NCBI GenBank assembly: GCA_017549365.1
Contig: JAFYUZ010000087.1
Location: 4,112-68,111 of the forward strand
DNA: 64,000 nt
Direction of reading: 5' to 3'
Source of the DNA: Clostridia bacterium
Lineage (GTDB): Bacteria; Bacillota; Clostridia; Oscillospirales; CAG-382
The translations under genes were made by a program, and so were the position numbers. The number at the start of each line of letters is the position of its first letter. The first letter of the stretch is position 1. Positions 1 to 9,874 of this stretch are shown here, piece after piece. The notes under the pieces are model-generated. The model had not been told where the DNA came from, searched no databases, and worked only from the letters and a program-made list of their open reading frames with translations.

Positions 1-1637
1 ACAGAGGTGTAATCGGATTCTTCGGGAGCGAAGACGCCGTTCTGGGATGTAACGTCAATACCATAGTTGAGCTTGAAGCTTTCGTTGGTGGTAACGTCCA
101 TCATTTCGCCGTCAACGTCTCTTGTGTCGGTATACTGAACAGTATACTCTTCGGAGTGTTCAACGATGGTGAAGTTCTGGTCGCGCTTAACACCGAATGC
201 GGGAAGTCTCATAACTTCCTTGTTCTGGCCGGAGGTAGCGTAGAAGCCGTAGTCCTGACCGTAAACCTTACCTGTGATGACCTTGGTCTGAGTTCCGATG
301 TCCTCAAATCTGATGAGTGCGCCGGAGCCGTCGGGATAGAAGGTGTAACCTGTGTCGCCGTGTCTGCCCGCACCGAGGTAAGGAAGAATTCTGAGCTGAG
401 TGATGGTGAAGGTATCCTTGTTGTAGCTGATACTCTTCGCAGGGACTCTGATCTTGATTCCGTCTTCATCAAAGTAATATTCGATCGCCATCTTGAAGAG
501 AGGAGGATTGGTCTCGTTGCCCTGATATTCGAGCAAGAGGTGGTCCGACTGAAGATCTTCGTAGGTGTAATCGGTGTATTCCTTGATAAGGGTTTCCATC
601 TGATACTTAGGTCTTGTGGAGCCCTGTTCGTTGAATTCGTAGAAGTCGTACTTTTCGATGATAGGATACTGGATGAGAACGTTGTCTCTTGCAGAACCCT
701 TGTATGCATCAAGGTCTCTCAGAGTGTAGTAAGCAAGAAGCTTCTTGATGTCTCTTTCGACCTGATCCTCGATCTGCTCGGGGGTCATGTCTGTTGTGGG
801 AGCCTTGTTTGCAACAGTGAACTTTGCAAGGATCTCTTCTTCAAATCTTGTTCTTTCGATAAGGATAGGAAGAAGGATTCTGGTTTCCATACGACCAACG
901 GTGTATTCAACACGAACGCCGCCGCGGATACGGTCATAAGAAACCTGCATATTCTTGGCTGCATTTTCAAAGGTGTTGTAGGTGTTACCGTTCTGACCCT
1001 TTACGTAATCAAAAACGAACTGCGAAAGGAGCTTGCCCTTTGTTTCGCTGTTTGCCTTGGATGTACCGATGTCGTAAGGGTTGGTTGTAAGGATCTGGCC
1101 TGTTGCCTTGTCAAGGAAAGCAGCGGCGCCTGTAAGCTCATCGATAAACATGATCTGACCTGCGTTTTTGCCTTCGTTGTACTCATAAACGTATTTCATT
1201 GTTGTGGAAATATATTCATGAGGGCTCTGGAAGATGGTTGTCTTATATCTGTCGATATATGTTTTCATATCGTCAGCATAGGTTGCGGAATCTTCCGAGG
1301 GGAGATAATAGGTTTCGGTAGCCTTCTGGGTGTTGAAAAGAACTTTTCCTTCGCCGCCGGGCTGTTCGGAATAAACGAAATAAACATCTCCGAAGTTTTC
1401 GTTTTCCTTGTCTTTGATAACATAAAGGTCAACGCCGTAGGTTGCACAGACGTATTCAAATCCGAGCTCTTTAAGCTCTGCAACTGTCTGAGGAAGCTCT
1501 GCGGCAAGCTCTGCGATGGCAGCTTTTGCTTCATCGCTTTCTGCTTTTCCTGTCTCGTCTGCCATAACGGGCATGGCAACCACACCGAGAAGCATCATGA
1601 TTGAAAGGAAAAGCGATATTAATTTTTTAATATTCAT
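1..1637 (-). CDS. secreted protein, 3' end cut by window edge (first 545 codons present); possibly DUF5696-like
   Basis: Absent from the ORF track because it has no stop in the window. Hand translation from ATG 1635-1637 (minus) stays open to position 3: MNIKKLISLFLSIMMLLGVVAMPVMADETGKAESDEAK...RDVDGEMMDVTTNESFKLNYGIDVTSQNGVFAPEESDYTS. Signal-peptide-like N-terminus. RBS AGAGGTG lies 6 nt upstream. It starts 18 nt after the Yip1-fusion gene on the same strand. The family name is from memory of similar loci and is untested. Confidence 0.7.
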   Translation of the reverse strand, partial: MNIKKLISLFLSIMMLLGVVAMPVMADETGKAESDEAKAAIAELAAELPQTVAELKELGFEYVCATYGVDLYVIKDKENENFGDVYFVYSEQPGGEGKVLFNTQKATETYYLPSEDSATYADDMKTYIDRYKTTIFQSPHEYISTTMKYVYEYNEGKNAGQIMFIDELTGAAAFLDKATGQILTTNPYDIGTSKANSETKGKLLSQFVFDYVKGQNGNTYNTFENAAKNMQVSYDRIRGGVRVEYTVGRMETRILLPILIERTRFEEEILAKFTVANKAPTTDMTPEQIEDQVERDIKKLLAYYTLRDLDAYKGSARDNVLIQYPIIEKYDFYEFNEQGSTRPKYQMETLIKEYTDYTYEDLQSDHLLLEYQGNETNPPLFKMAIEYYFDEDGIKIRVPAKSISYNKDTFTITQLRILPYLGAGRHGDTGYTFYPDGSGALIRFEDIGTQTKVITGKVYGQDYGFYATSGQNKEVMRLPAFGVKRDQNFTIVEHSEEYTVQYTDTRDVDGEMMDVTTNESFKLNYGIDVTSQNGVFAPEESDYTS

Positions 1638-1655
1638 AAATCACACCTCTTTCAA

Positions 1656-3890
1656 TTAGGATACTCGGTAGGACAACTCGAGAACGATGTTGAAGATAAA
1701 CGAAACGATCTTTCCGACGAGGCTGGAGAAGAGAACTGCAATAAACATGATAAACGCCATACCGACGATCGAGCCGAGGGTTGTGAGTACGTTCTTACCA
1801 AGTGTGTAATCGTGTACTGTCATCATGCCAAAGAAGAGCAGGAATCCGCACCAGAAGAATGCGATGTTCGTCAGAAGAGAGAGGATCGAAACCTCAGACG
1901 CTGTTACGAAGTTGGAAGCAAAGGTGGAGATTATAATGAACAAGGGCAGCGGGAAGAGTGCATAACCTGTTGCAATATAAATATCCATGAGGCTTCCTTC
2001 GCCGTCAAACAGGGTTGTGAGACACCAGTTTGCAATAACCCAAAGCATAATGGGCAAAAGCAACGAGATGGCGGTCATAAAGAAGTTTGTCGAATCCTGA
2101 GAAGGATTAACGATATATCCGCGTCCGAAGGACTGATAGATAAATGCGATTATGTTGAGAATGATGATAAGGGTTGCACCCTTTGCCGAAGCACGCTTTT
2201 CGTGCTTGATATCCCAGAAACCGTCAAACGGATGGAATATTACATAGTAACCGTAGAGATATTCTCTCCAAAGGGTTCTCTTGACCGAAGAAGACTGACC
2301 TTCCTCGTTCTTCTTTGCCGCATACTTAAGGAAGAGCGAAAGGAGAACGCAGACGATAACGATGACTACGGGGATGAGAATGATGTACTTGGAAAGGGCT
2401 TCTTTACGGAGCTCGTGATAAGCGTCAGACCAGTTGGCTGTGTCGTATGCATATTCATACATATCCATAGCCTGTGCGAACTTGCCTTCACGATACAGAC
2501 ACTTACCGATACCAACGTACGAGAGGTCGAAGTTTGCATTCTTCTGAAGAATGTTTGTCCAGTCCTGCTCAGCGGCGTCGTACTTACGCTGGTTGTTGTT
2601 TCTCAGCGCACGCGATACGTCTTCGCCGTATTCGGTTCTCTTGTAGATTGTGATGTTGTTGCTTGTTTTGTCAAGAGCAAGGATGTTTGTGCCAAGGTAG
2701 TCAACCGCAACAACCGTCTGAAGGTTACCGAGCTGGTCGCCCTTGTCACCGAAGATGTAGAGAAGACGACCTTCGGAGTCGTAGGTGTAAAGCTTCTGTC
2801 TGGAGCTGTCGATGATGGTCCAGATACCTTCGTCCACCGGACCGAGGGCAACGTCCACGATCTTGGAGGGGCTTTCTGCGCCCTCGACCTTCGAAACGGG
2901 CTTGTATGCCGAAACACCGAGTGTTACTTCACCCGAGGGAGGATAGAAACCTGTACGCATCATAACGTCCTGTCCCGAGGGGTTAAGCATCTTTACAGGT
3001 GCCTTATCGCCCGAGCGGGATTTGCCGTTGATGGCGTTGAGAAGATCGCTGTCCGAGATGGCGTCGGTGGTAACATAAACGAAGCCGGCGTCGTCGATGG
3101 TGATGTTGTTGTATTCAACAGAAACGTTCTTTACAGACTTTCTTCTCTGTTCTGCTGTCTGGAATCGTCTCCAGAGAAGATCCCACCACGAAAGGCTGCC
3201 CGACTGTGCACCGAGGAAAGCCTGGAACACGCCGTCAGAAGTCATGGCGATGATACCCTGGTTGGAAGCGGAAGAAACAACGTAAAGTCTTCCGGAATCG
3301 TCAACCGCCACAGCGATGGGCTTAAAGGTTGTACCTTCGGCAAAAACGTCGCCTTCGGGTTCGCCGTGGGTCTTGACAAATTTGTATTCAACAAGACCGT
3401 GAACCTCATCCATTTCGGGATTGGGGTTGTTGGGAGCAAGGTCGAATGCTACGATACGGTTGTTGGAGGTATCGCAGATGTAAAGGATGTGAGTTTTGCT
3501 GACTGCAAGACCCTGGGGGTCTGCGATCTTGTCATGTACGCCCCACTCGTTGATATAGTCGGTGATGATACCTGTTACTTCATATTTCGAGTTGACGATG
3601 ATAACTCTCTTGTTGCCTGTATCCGAGATACAGATGAGGTAGTCGTTTTTACCTTCGTTGTTAACGAATTCGTGAACGACAAAATCCTTGGGTTCCTTAA
3701 GGCCGACCGAAAGGCCGAGCTTTTCGGAATCGATTACCGACTGGGGAACGTATGCCGCAGGAGAGGGCATATCTGTACCGTCGATATCATGGGTGTATGT
3801 GGAATAGGGAGTGATAGCATATACCGGAAGAGCGCCGACAAGCATGATAAGGCAAGCGATAAGGGCTAACACTGATTTGATTTTTCTCAT
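1656..3890 (-). CDS. NHL-repeat beta-propeller / TPR / Yip1-domain integral membrane fusion protein
   Basis: 744-aa ORF with ATG start and AGGAGG RBS. Signal peptide MRKIKSVLALIACLIMLVGALPVYA. NHL-like blades (NKRVIIVNSKYEV, SNNRIVAFDL, GRLYVVSSASNQGIIAM, QKLYTYDSEGRLLYIFG). The C-terminal ~230 aa are multi-TM with a Yip1-like start (YYVIFHPFDGFWDIKHEKRAS). Confidence 0.8.
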   Translation of the reverse strand: MRKIKSVLALIACLIMLVGALPVYAITPYSTYTHDIDGTDMPSPAAYVPQSVIDSEKLGLSVGLKEPKDFVVHEFVNNEGKNDYLICISDTGNKRVIIVNSKYEVTGIITDYINEWGVHDKIADPQGLAVSKTHILYICDTSNNRIVAFDLAPNNPNPEMDEVHGLVEYKFVKTHGEPEGDVFAEGTTFKPIAVAVDDSGRLYVVSSASNQGIIAMTSDGVFQAFLGAQSGSLSWWDLLWRRFQTAEQRRKSVKNVSVEYNNITIDDAGFVYVTTDAISDSDLLNAINGKSRSGDKAPVKMLNPSGQDVMMRTGFYPPSGEVTLGVSAYKPVSKVEGAESPSKIVDVALGPVDEGIWTIIDSSRQKLYTYDSEGRLLYIFGDKGDQLGNLQTVVAVDYLGTNILALDKTSNNITIYKRTEYGEDVSRALRNNNQRKYDAAEQDWTNILQKNANFDLSYVGIGKCLYREGKFAQAMDMYEYAYDTANWSDAYHELRKEALSKYIILIPVVIVIVCVLLSLFLKYAAKKNEEGQSSSVKRTLWREYLYGYYVIFHPFDGFWDIKHEKRASAKGATLIIILNIIAFIYQSFGRGYIVNPSQDSTNFFMTAISLLLPIMLWVIANWCLTTLFDGEGSLMDIYIATGYALFPLPLFIIISTFASNFVTASEVSILSLLTNIAFFWCGFLLFFGMMTVHDYTLGKNVLTTLGSIVGMAFIMFIAVLFSSLVGKIVSFIFNIVLELSYRVS

Positions 3891-3907
3891 TCTGTTTAAC
3901 CCTCCTT

Positions 3908-4783
3908 TTAGTCTTTAAGACCCGAGCTTGCCATTGTTTCGATGATGTTACTCTGAGAAACAACGAATACAAGGATCGGAACGAGCATCATGATAACTGT
4001 CGCTGCGGCAGATGCACCCGAACGGACGATACCGCCGGCAAGGATCTGCTGGATAGCGTAGTTAAATGTCTTAAGTTCTTCACTGTAAATGTAGATGGAA
4101 GTACCGCTGTTCCAAAGACCCTGGAACGAGTACACGATAAGTGTAAGCCAAGCGGGCTTAACCATCGGCATTACTATCTTCCAATAGATGGAAATTTCTC
4201 TTGCACCGTCAAGACGGGCAGATTCAAGAACCGAATCGGGAACCGAAGAGTCCATGAACTGACGCATGAGGTAAAGACCGAGGGTAGAACCGAACGCGGG
4301 GATGATGAGCGACCAGTATGTATCTACCCAACCGAGAGCCGACATGGTGATGTAGTTTGTGATCGCAGTAACCGTTGCATGGAACATGAGGGAGAGCTGG
4401 ATCATCTTGAACATTACGTGACGGCCGGGGAAGTTGATCTTTGTGAGCGAATAAGCTGCCATCGAAGCAAGGAAAAGGTGACCAAAGGTACCTGCGATGG
4501 AAACGAAAGCAGTGTTGAATATGTATCTCGAGAAAGGTACATACGATGTGCTCATAAGACGGAAGAGGTCTGAAAAATTCTTAAAGGTTGGGTTGCGCAC
4601 GAAGAAGCGCGGAGGGAACATCCAAAGTTCGTCAAGCGGCTTGAGTGCCTGACAGAATGCATAGAACATAGGCAGGAACATGAACGCGCCAAATACGAAC
4701 AGAAGAACGTTGATACCGATATCGCCACCGGCAGAACGGTTAAGGCGGTGAGCTTTGATTTTAAATTTGAAATTCTTTGCCAT
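3908..4783 (-). CDS. carbohydrate ABC transporter permease (MalG-like, CUT1)
   Basis: 291 aa and multi-TM. EAA-loop region ESARLDGAREISIYWKIVMPMVKP. It lies 1 nt from the upstream permease gene. Confidence 0.9.
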   Translation of the reverse strand: MAKNFKFKIKAHRLNRSAGGDIGINVLLFVFGAFMFLPMFYAFCQALKPLDELWMFPPRFFVRNPTFKNFSDLFRLMSTSYVPFSRYIFNTAFVSIAGTFGHLFLASMAAYSLTKINFPGRHVMFKMIQLSLMFHATVTAITNYITMSALGWVDTYWSLIIPAFGSTLGLYLMRQFMDSSVPDSVLESARLDGAREISIYWKIVMPMVKPAWLTLIVYSFQGLWNSGTSIYIYSEELKTFNYAIQQILAGGIVRSGASAAATVIMMLVPILVFVVSQSNIIETMASSGLKD

Positions 4784-4784
4784 C

Positions 4785-5741
4785 TTACTTACCTACCTTT
4801 GCCAGCATTCTGTTAACAAGCATATTCGCACCGATCATCATAAGGAAGAGAAGGGTTGCAATAGCCGAAGCGTATCCGACTTCCCAACGGGCTCCACCGT
4901 AGTCCTCCAGGTGGTGCATAAGTGTCCATGCACAATAGTCGGGAGACGGGAATCCGCAGAGAGCGGTAACAACGCCGCCGAAGCCGAACGAACCTGTGAT
5001 CGACATGATAGCGGCAAACATCATCTGGTTTTTCATAACGGGAAGTGTTACGTACCAGAGTTCCTGCCAACGGTTGCGGATACCGTCAACCGCAGCAGCC
5101 TCGTAGTAGCTCTTGTCAACAACCTGGAAACCGGCGATGAACGAAAGGAACGAGGTACCGAGCGAGGTCCACAGAGCAACGAGGATTACAAGAGGCATGA
5201 TGTAATCGGTGTCCTGGAACCACAGTATTGGTGAGTTGATAATTCCGAGATCCATGAGGATACCGTTTGCATAACCGTAAGAGTCAGACGAGAACATAAC
5301 TGTCCAGATAAGGTATACCTGACCCGAAATGGAAGGTGCGTAGAAAATAAGGGTTACGAGCGAACGGATCTTGGGAGTAAGTTCGTTGATAAACCAAGCG
5401 AACATAAGACACAGCAAATAGGATACAGGACCCGTCATTACCGCGAATATAAAGGTGTTCTTGATAGCGATAAGGAAGATATCGTCGTCAAGGAAGAGTC
5501 TTACATAGTTTTCGAAGAAAAGGATCTTCGGAGTTTCAAGCATGTTGAACGATGTAAAACTGAGAAGCAGGGAAAGTATAACAGGCGCAACTGTAAAGGT
5601 GAGGAAGACAAGGAAGTAGGGGGCAACCATGAGATAGCCGACCTTGTTTACAACCATCTGACGGCGGGTCCATTCCCACTTTGTCATATCTTTTCTCATC
5701 TTCGGAGCTGCCTGTGTTGTTTCAGCAGTCTTTGCAGACAT
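4785..5741 (-). CDS. sugar ABC transporter permease (MalF-like, CUT1)
   Basis: EAA loop YEAAAVDGIRNRWQELWYVTLPVMKN. The track start at 5750 is a GTG that sits inside the RBS. ATG at 5741 is preceded by AAGGAG with 8-nt spacing, so I moved the start. Confidence 0.88.
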   Translation of the reverse strand: MSAKTAETTQAAPKMRKDMTKWEWTRRQMVVNKVGYLMVAPYFLVFLTFTVAPVILSLLLSFTSFNMLETPKILFFENYVRLFLDDDIFLIAIKNTFIFAVMTGPVSYLLCLMFAWFINELTPKIRSLVTLIFYAPSISGQVYLIWTVMFSSDSYGYANGILMDLGIINSPILWFQDTDYIMPLVILVALWTSLGTSFLSFIAGFQVVDKSYYEAAAVDGIRNRWQELWYVTLPVMKNQMMFAAIMSITGSFGFGGVVTALCGFPSPDYCAWTLMHHLEDYGGARWEVGYASAIATLLFLMMIGANMLVNRMLAKVGK

Positions 5742-5763
5742 TAAATTCACTCCTTAAATGTTA

Positions 5764-8700
5764 TTATTTGGAATCGGGGGTTTTGGTTTCCGCCATGGCG
5801 GCTTCGTCCTTATCAGTGATAAGAACGTTGCCGTCTTCGTCGATGATGCCCATCTCGATGAGCTCATCTTCGATCGGGAAATCATATTCCTTACGTTTTC
5901 TTTCGATTTCCTTATTAATTTCGTCGATGTAGTAAAGACCTGCGTCAGAAGCAGCGTCGCCGTCATCAACAACATCAAGGAATGCGAAGTTTGTATATCT
6001 GCCGACAATGTAGTTACCGGGAGTCATAGGAGTTCCCATGAGATTGTCGAACTGTTCCTGGAGATTAACCTTTTCCTGAGCGGACCAGGGCTGACCGAGA
6101 AGTGCCTTCTTGTTTGCGGTGAAGTACTTACCTGCCGAGCCGAGGATAGCAACCTGTTCCTTACCAAAACGTTCCTGTGCGGGAGCGTCTACCCACCACT
6201 TGATGTATTCCCAAGCTTCCTGATCGTTCTTTGCGTCACGCATGATCATGATGGAGGATGCACCGGAGGGAGAAACAGCGCTGAAGTTTGTGATAACGGG
6301 GTTGCCGTTTTCGTCTGTTACGATCTTGCCGTCTTCGTCAGTTTCGTATGTATACGAGCCGGGAAGTCTGATGAATTCCCAAAGACCCTTGATCTCGGGA
6401 GCAAAGCAGAGAAGCTGGTTACACAGCGAGTAGTCTGCAATACCCATAGGCATTTCGCCGGTTCTGAAACGGTTTGCGAAGTCGTAGGAGATCGGCTGGC
6501 CGTAAAGCGAGAAATATTCGCACATCTGCTGGAACGAGTCGAGCGCGATGTTGGAATCAAGGTTTGTTGCATATCCGATGGATTTGATGTTGCCTTCGCC
6601 CTTGTAGTAAGGCTCGCCCTTCTGGTACATAAGGATCTGAGTCATACCCTGAGAAAGACCGATGGTCATATTCTTATCGGAAAGCTTCTGGATGATGCCC
6701 TTGAGGTCATCCCATGTCTCGGGAACTTCAAGTCCGAGTTCAACGAAGATGTCCTTGCGGTAGAAGAGCATCGAGAAGGACTGGGTTACGGGGATACCGT
6801 AGGTTGCCTTCTGGTTCATGCCGGTGGTGTCGTCGGGGTTGTAAACTTCAAGACCTGTCCATGCCGATTCGGAGAACCAGCTGTCGCCGTTTACCTCGCC
6901 GTTTTCGTCAAGGCCGCGGACAATGTCAAATCCCTTGTATTTATATTCCCATTTACCGGTTTCTTCATTATATATCTTTTCTGCGATGTTCTTAACTGCG
7001 TTTCTTACACCGAAGCCTGTGGGGTCGGCGTCTGTCGAAACGTCAGGACCGATGCCTGCAAGAGTTGCGGGAAGAAGTGTACCTGCAGCAACGAGCTTGT
7101 AGTTTACGGCGATGCCTGTTGCATCTGTAAAGTCGTCAACCATCTCACGCATGATCTGCGCCTGGTCACGGCCTGTGGTAAGCCAAACTTCAACGTTGCC
7201 TGTGATTTCTGCGGCTTCTTTTTCTTCCTGAGGCATTTCACCGTAGGAGTTGTAGTCTGTGAAGAAGGACATGATGAACGAGCCGATTTCAAAGCCCATG
7301 GACTGGAAGAAGTTTGCTTCTGCCTTGGGGAGCTTTTCGTCTACGCCCTGGATCACGATGTAGTCTACGTTAAGAGGCTGGTTTCTCGACTGAAGCAGCC
7401 ATGTACCGATACTACCGACGTAGGACTTGAGGATCGAGAGGTTATCTGCGATCTTTGTTTCGTCCTTACCCATAACTTCGAGAGTATAGGCAACCTTGTC
7501 AAGGATAACCGAATGTTCGCCCTTTTCGCCGATGATCTCTTCGAACTGTGCAAGCACTGTTCTCAAGTTTTCGGCTTCTTCACGCATACCGCGCAAAACT
7601 TCGGGGATAAGCTTCTGGAAACCGTAGTCGGTGAACGAGCTGGGTTCGGGACCTGTAATCATAAGGATCTGTCTGTAATAGTCGTTCATCTTTGTAAGGC
7701 TTTCGTCAACCTTACGGAGCTTGTCGGAAAGGTTACCGAGAACGCACTCGAATTCGAGAACGTAGGTCTTGCCCTTTTCGAAATAGAAGCGGAAGTTTGT
7801 GGTTCCGTCGTTAAGAGGCTTTGTTTCCCAGTCGTCAGAGTAGTTGAACTGGAGGTACTTTGCTTCTTCAAAGGGATATTCGCCGTTGATCTTAAGAGAA
7901 CGGGAAGCAAAGATACCTGCGTATGTCGCCTGCTTTGCACGGGGGATAATGTAATAGTAGCCCGATTCCTGACATGTAAACTCGTAGCTGATCCACTGAC
8001 CGGCGATCTGCCATTTTTCACCGCCGATGTTGTTTACCAATGTCTTGCTGGTGGAGCTGGGCTCTGTGATGGAAGAAGTCTTGTCGCTTATGGGGTAGAT
8101 GACCTGATCGGATGTGGCAAGAGGCTGTTCTGCCTGGATCTTGATGGTGTGCTCGGAAGTAACGTTGCTGGTCTTGCCGTCTGTCAGTTCGTAATAGCCC
8201 TTTTCACCGTCTGTGCCATGATAGTGAACAAGCTTGTCTTCAACAAAAACTTCGATGCCGCCAAAGAGAACGGGCTCGCGGGAGCCGTAGATCTCAAGGC
8301 TGTTTTCGCCCTCTTCAAAGTAGAAGAGGAAGCTGTCTGTATAGAAAGCGTTGGAGTCGCGCAGAACGTGTTCGCGCCAAGAGGGATCCTCGTATTTCTT
8401 GGATCTGATCTCGTTTCCGTGTTTGTCCTGACGGAAAGGTCTTTCCATATCGACACCACCGAACTTGATGGTTTCGATCTTTTCGGGGATCTCGTCTTTC
8501 CATACACGGGTGAAAGCGATGTTACGCGCTTCTGTGAAAGGAACTTCGTTGTTGATCTTTATGATACGCTCAATGGCTACCGTGTTGCCCTCAACGTGGC
8601 CCGCAACTTCGTTTTCGCCGTACTTTGCATCATATGCATCTTCGCTGAGATTCTCAAGAAGAGTACCCGTTTCGGTATCGTAAACGATGTGTACGAAGGG

Positions 8701-9141
8701 GTAGTACGACAAAGAGATGTTGTAAAAGCCTGCTTCGGGGACGTTGACCTTGTAGATGGCCGAGTCGCCGTCGCCGGTGAGAACGTATTCGGAAACGCCG
8801 TAAGCGGGACCGTTTTTGTCTGTCTGAGCAATAATGCCCTTGGGGTCGCTGATCTTAACAGCGCCTTCTGATCTTTGTTCGTCAAAATCAACGGCATTGA
8901 TCTTGATGGGGGCGGGTCTGTCGCTCTGCGCGAAGGGAAGAACGCCTTCGGCCGCATACTGAGCCAGATAGTCTTCGTAGGTAGTGGCGTTCAAAAGCTC
9001 TGCCATTTCGTCAAGGGAGTTCGACGGGGTTGCGCCCCAGACGTCGTCCTTTGCGAAAGCCGTAGGCGAGAACTGCAACATCGTAGCCGCAAACAACGAC
9101 ATCGCAATAAGCTTTTTGAAACCTCTTGCTTTCATGTTCAT
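5764..9141 (-). CDS. giant extracellular solute-binding protein (about 1125 aa) with N-terminal carbohydrate-binding-like modules
   Basis: Signal peptide ...MLQFSPTAFA/KDD with no lipobox Cys. The N-terminal ~500 aa contain two related beta-sandwich-like segments (AIYKVNVPEAGFYNISLSYYP; WISYEFTCQESGYYYIIPRAKQ...KGKTYVLEFE). The C-terminal ~570 aa look like a family-1 sugar SBP. Start set to ATG 9141 (AGGAGG 9 nt upstream); the track start at 9147 is TTG. Confidence 0.8.
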   Translation of the reverse strand: MNMKARGFKKLIAMSLFAATMLQFSPTAFAKDDVWGATPSNSLDEMAELLNATTYEDYLAQYAAEGVLPFAQSDRPAPIKINAVDFDEQRSEGAVKISDPKGIIAQTDKNGPAYGVSEYVLTGDGDSAIYKVNVPEAGFYNISLSYYPFVHIVYDTETGTLLENLSEDAYDAKYGENEVAGHVEGNTVAIERIIKINNEVPFTEARNIAFTRVWKDEIPEKIETIKFGGVDMERPFRQDKHGNEIRSKKYEDPSWREHVLRDSNAFYTDSFLFYFEEGENSLEIYGSREPVLFGGIEVFVEDKLVHYHGTDGEKGYYELTDGKTSNVTSEHTIKIQAEQPLATSDQVIYPISDKTSSITEPSSTSKTLVNNIGGEKWQIAGQWISYEFTCQESGYYYIIPRAKQATYAGIFASRSLKINGEYPFEEAKYLQFNYSDDWETKPLNDGTTNFRFYFEKGKTYVLEFECVLGNLSDKLRKVDESLTKMNDYYRQILMITGPEPSSFTDYGFQKLIPEVLRGMREEAENLRTVLAQFEEIIGEKGEHSVILDKVAYTLEVMGKDETKIADNLSILKSYVGSIGTWLLQSRNQPLNVDYIVIQGVDEKLPKAEANFFQSMGFEIGSFIMSFFTDYNSYGEMPQEEKEAAEITGNVEVWLTTGRDQAQIMREMVDDFTDATGIAVNYKLVAAGTLLPATLAGIGPDVSTDADPTGFGVRNAVKNIAEKIYNEETGKWEYKYKGFDIVRGLDENGEVNGDSWFSESAWTGLEVYNPDDTTGMNQKATYGIPVTQSFSMLFYRKDIFVELGLEVPETWDDLKGIIQKLSDKNMTIGLSQGMTQILMYQKGEPYYKGEGNIKSIGYATNLDSNIALDSFQQMCEYFSLYGQPISYDFANRFRTGEMPMGIADYSLCNQLLCFAPEIKGLWEFIRLPGSYTYETDEDGKIVTDENGNPVITNFSAVSPSGASSIMIMRDAKNDQEAWEYIKWWVDAPAQERFGKEQVAILGSAGKYFTANKKALLGQPWSAQEKVNLQEQFDNLMGTPMTPGNYIVGRYTNFAFLDVVDDGDAASDAGLYYIDEINKEIERKRKEYDFPIEDELIEMGIIDEDGNVLITDKDEAAMAETKTPDSK

Positions 9142-9810
9142 TCGCAAAATCCTCCTATGCTTTGCTTGTTAAGCAGCCTGCCACGTGCCGTATGGCACCC
9201 GACACAGGGCCTGCCGCTATAATCTTATTTTATAAAATCTTCGCAAATGCCTTGAAAACAGGGCATTTTTTCGCAAAATCCGCGTGCCAAGAAATTATAG
9301 AAGCAAGACAAGATCACGCGCTTTTCGGCGAATTTTCAGCGTATTTTCGGGCAGAAAACACCAAAAAAACACACAAAAAATCGAAAAAAGGGCGCAAAAA
9401 TGCCTTTGTTACAGAAATAGAATACCACACAACGCATTTTTTGTCAAGTGCAAGGGGATTCTGCGCCCCTTACCTTCCCTGCCCTTTTGCCCGCCGTCTT
9501 TCTCTCCTGTTTTTTACGAAAGAGTGTTCGATGTTTTTTATCTCTGAAAAAAGTTGCACAAATTCAAAATTTACAATTTAGTCAGTTTTTTCAAACTTGT
9601 CAAAAACCCTTGTTTTTCAAGGCTTTTTCGCACTTCATTTTTGATGTGTCAAGAGAAAATATATAATTTTGAATTTGGTTTATTTTATATTCAAAATTTA
9701 TAGTGCGCCCAAAATGTGTTGCCGTCTTAACAATTATCAGGTATTTTCTGCCATTTATTGCATTTTTTAGTTGTGCGTTTTGCACAAATTTCGGCACAAA
9801 ATTTCTACAC

Positions 9811-9850
9811 CATATAAAAAATGACGAAACGAGATTTTTCGTTTCGTCAT
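9811..9850 (-). terminator. intrinsic terminator of the ABC-F gene
   Basis: Stem ATGACGAAACG (9821-9831) pairs with CGTTTCGTCAT (9840-9850). The adjacent A-run on the plus strand gives a U-tract on the minus strand. It lies 25 nt past the stop at 9875. Confidence 0.75.
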
Positions 9851-9874
9851 TTCGCAAATAGTACTTTTTTGTTC

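Noticed and set aside
156-1604. 482-aa plus-strand ORF and four 61-167-aa minus-strand ORFs at the left edge
   Set aside because: Their translations are low-complexity (rich in V, F, C, L). The third minus frame is open across the whole region and encodes a sensible signal-peptide protein starting at 1637, so these ORFs are shadows of that gene.
5758-8871. 1037-aa plus-strand ORF antisense to the solute-binding-protein gene (likewise 1812-3869 antisense to the Yip1 fusion)
   Set aside because: Its frame is codon-aligned with the minus-strand gene (both start at positions congruent to 1 mod 3). It can only be closed by sense codons TTA, CTA or TCA, which this genome evidently avoids. The product is Cys/Val/Phe-rich nonsense with no RBS.
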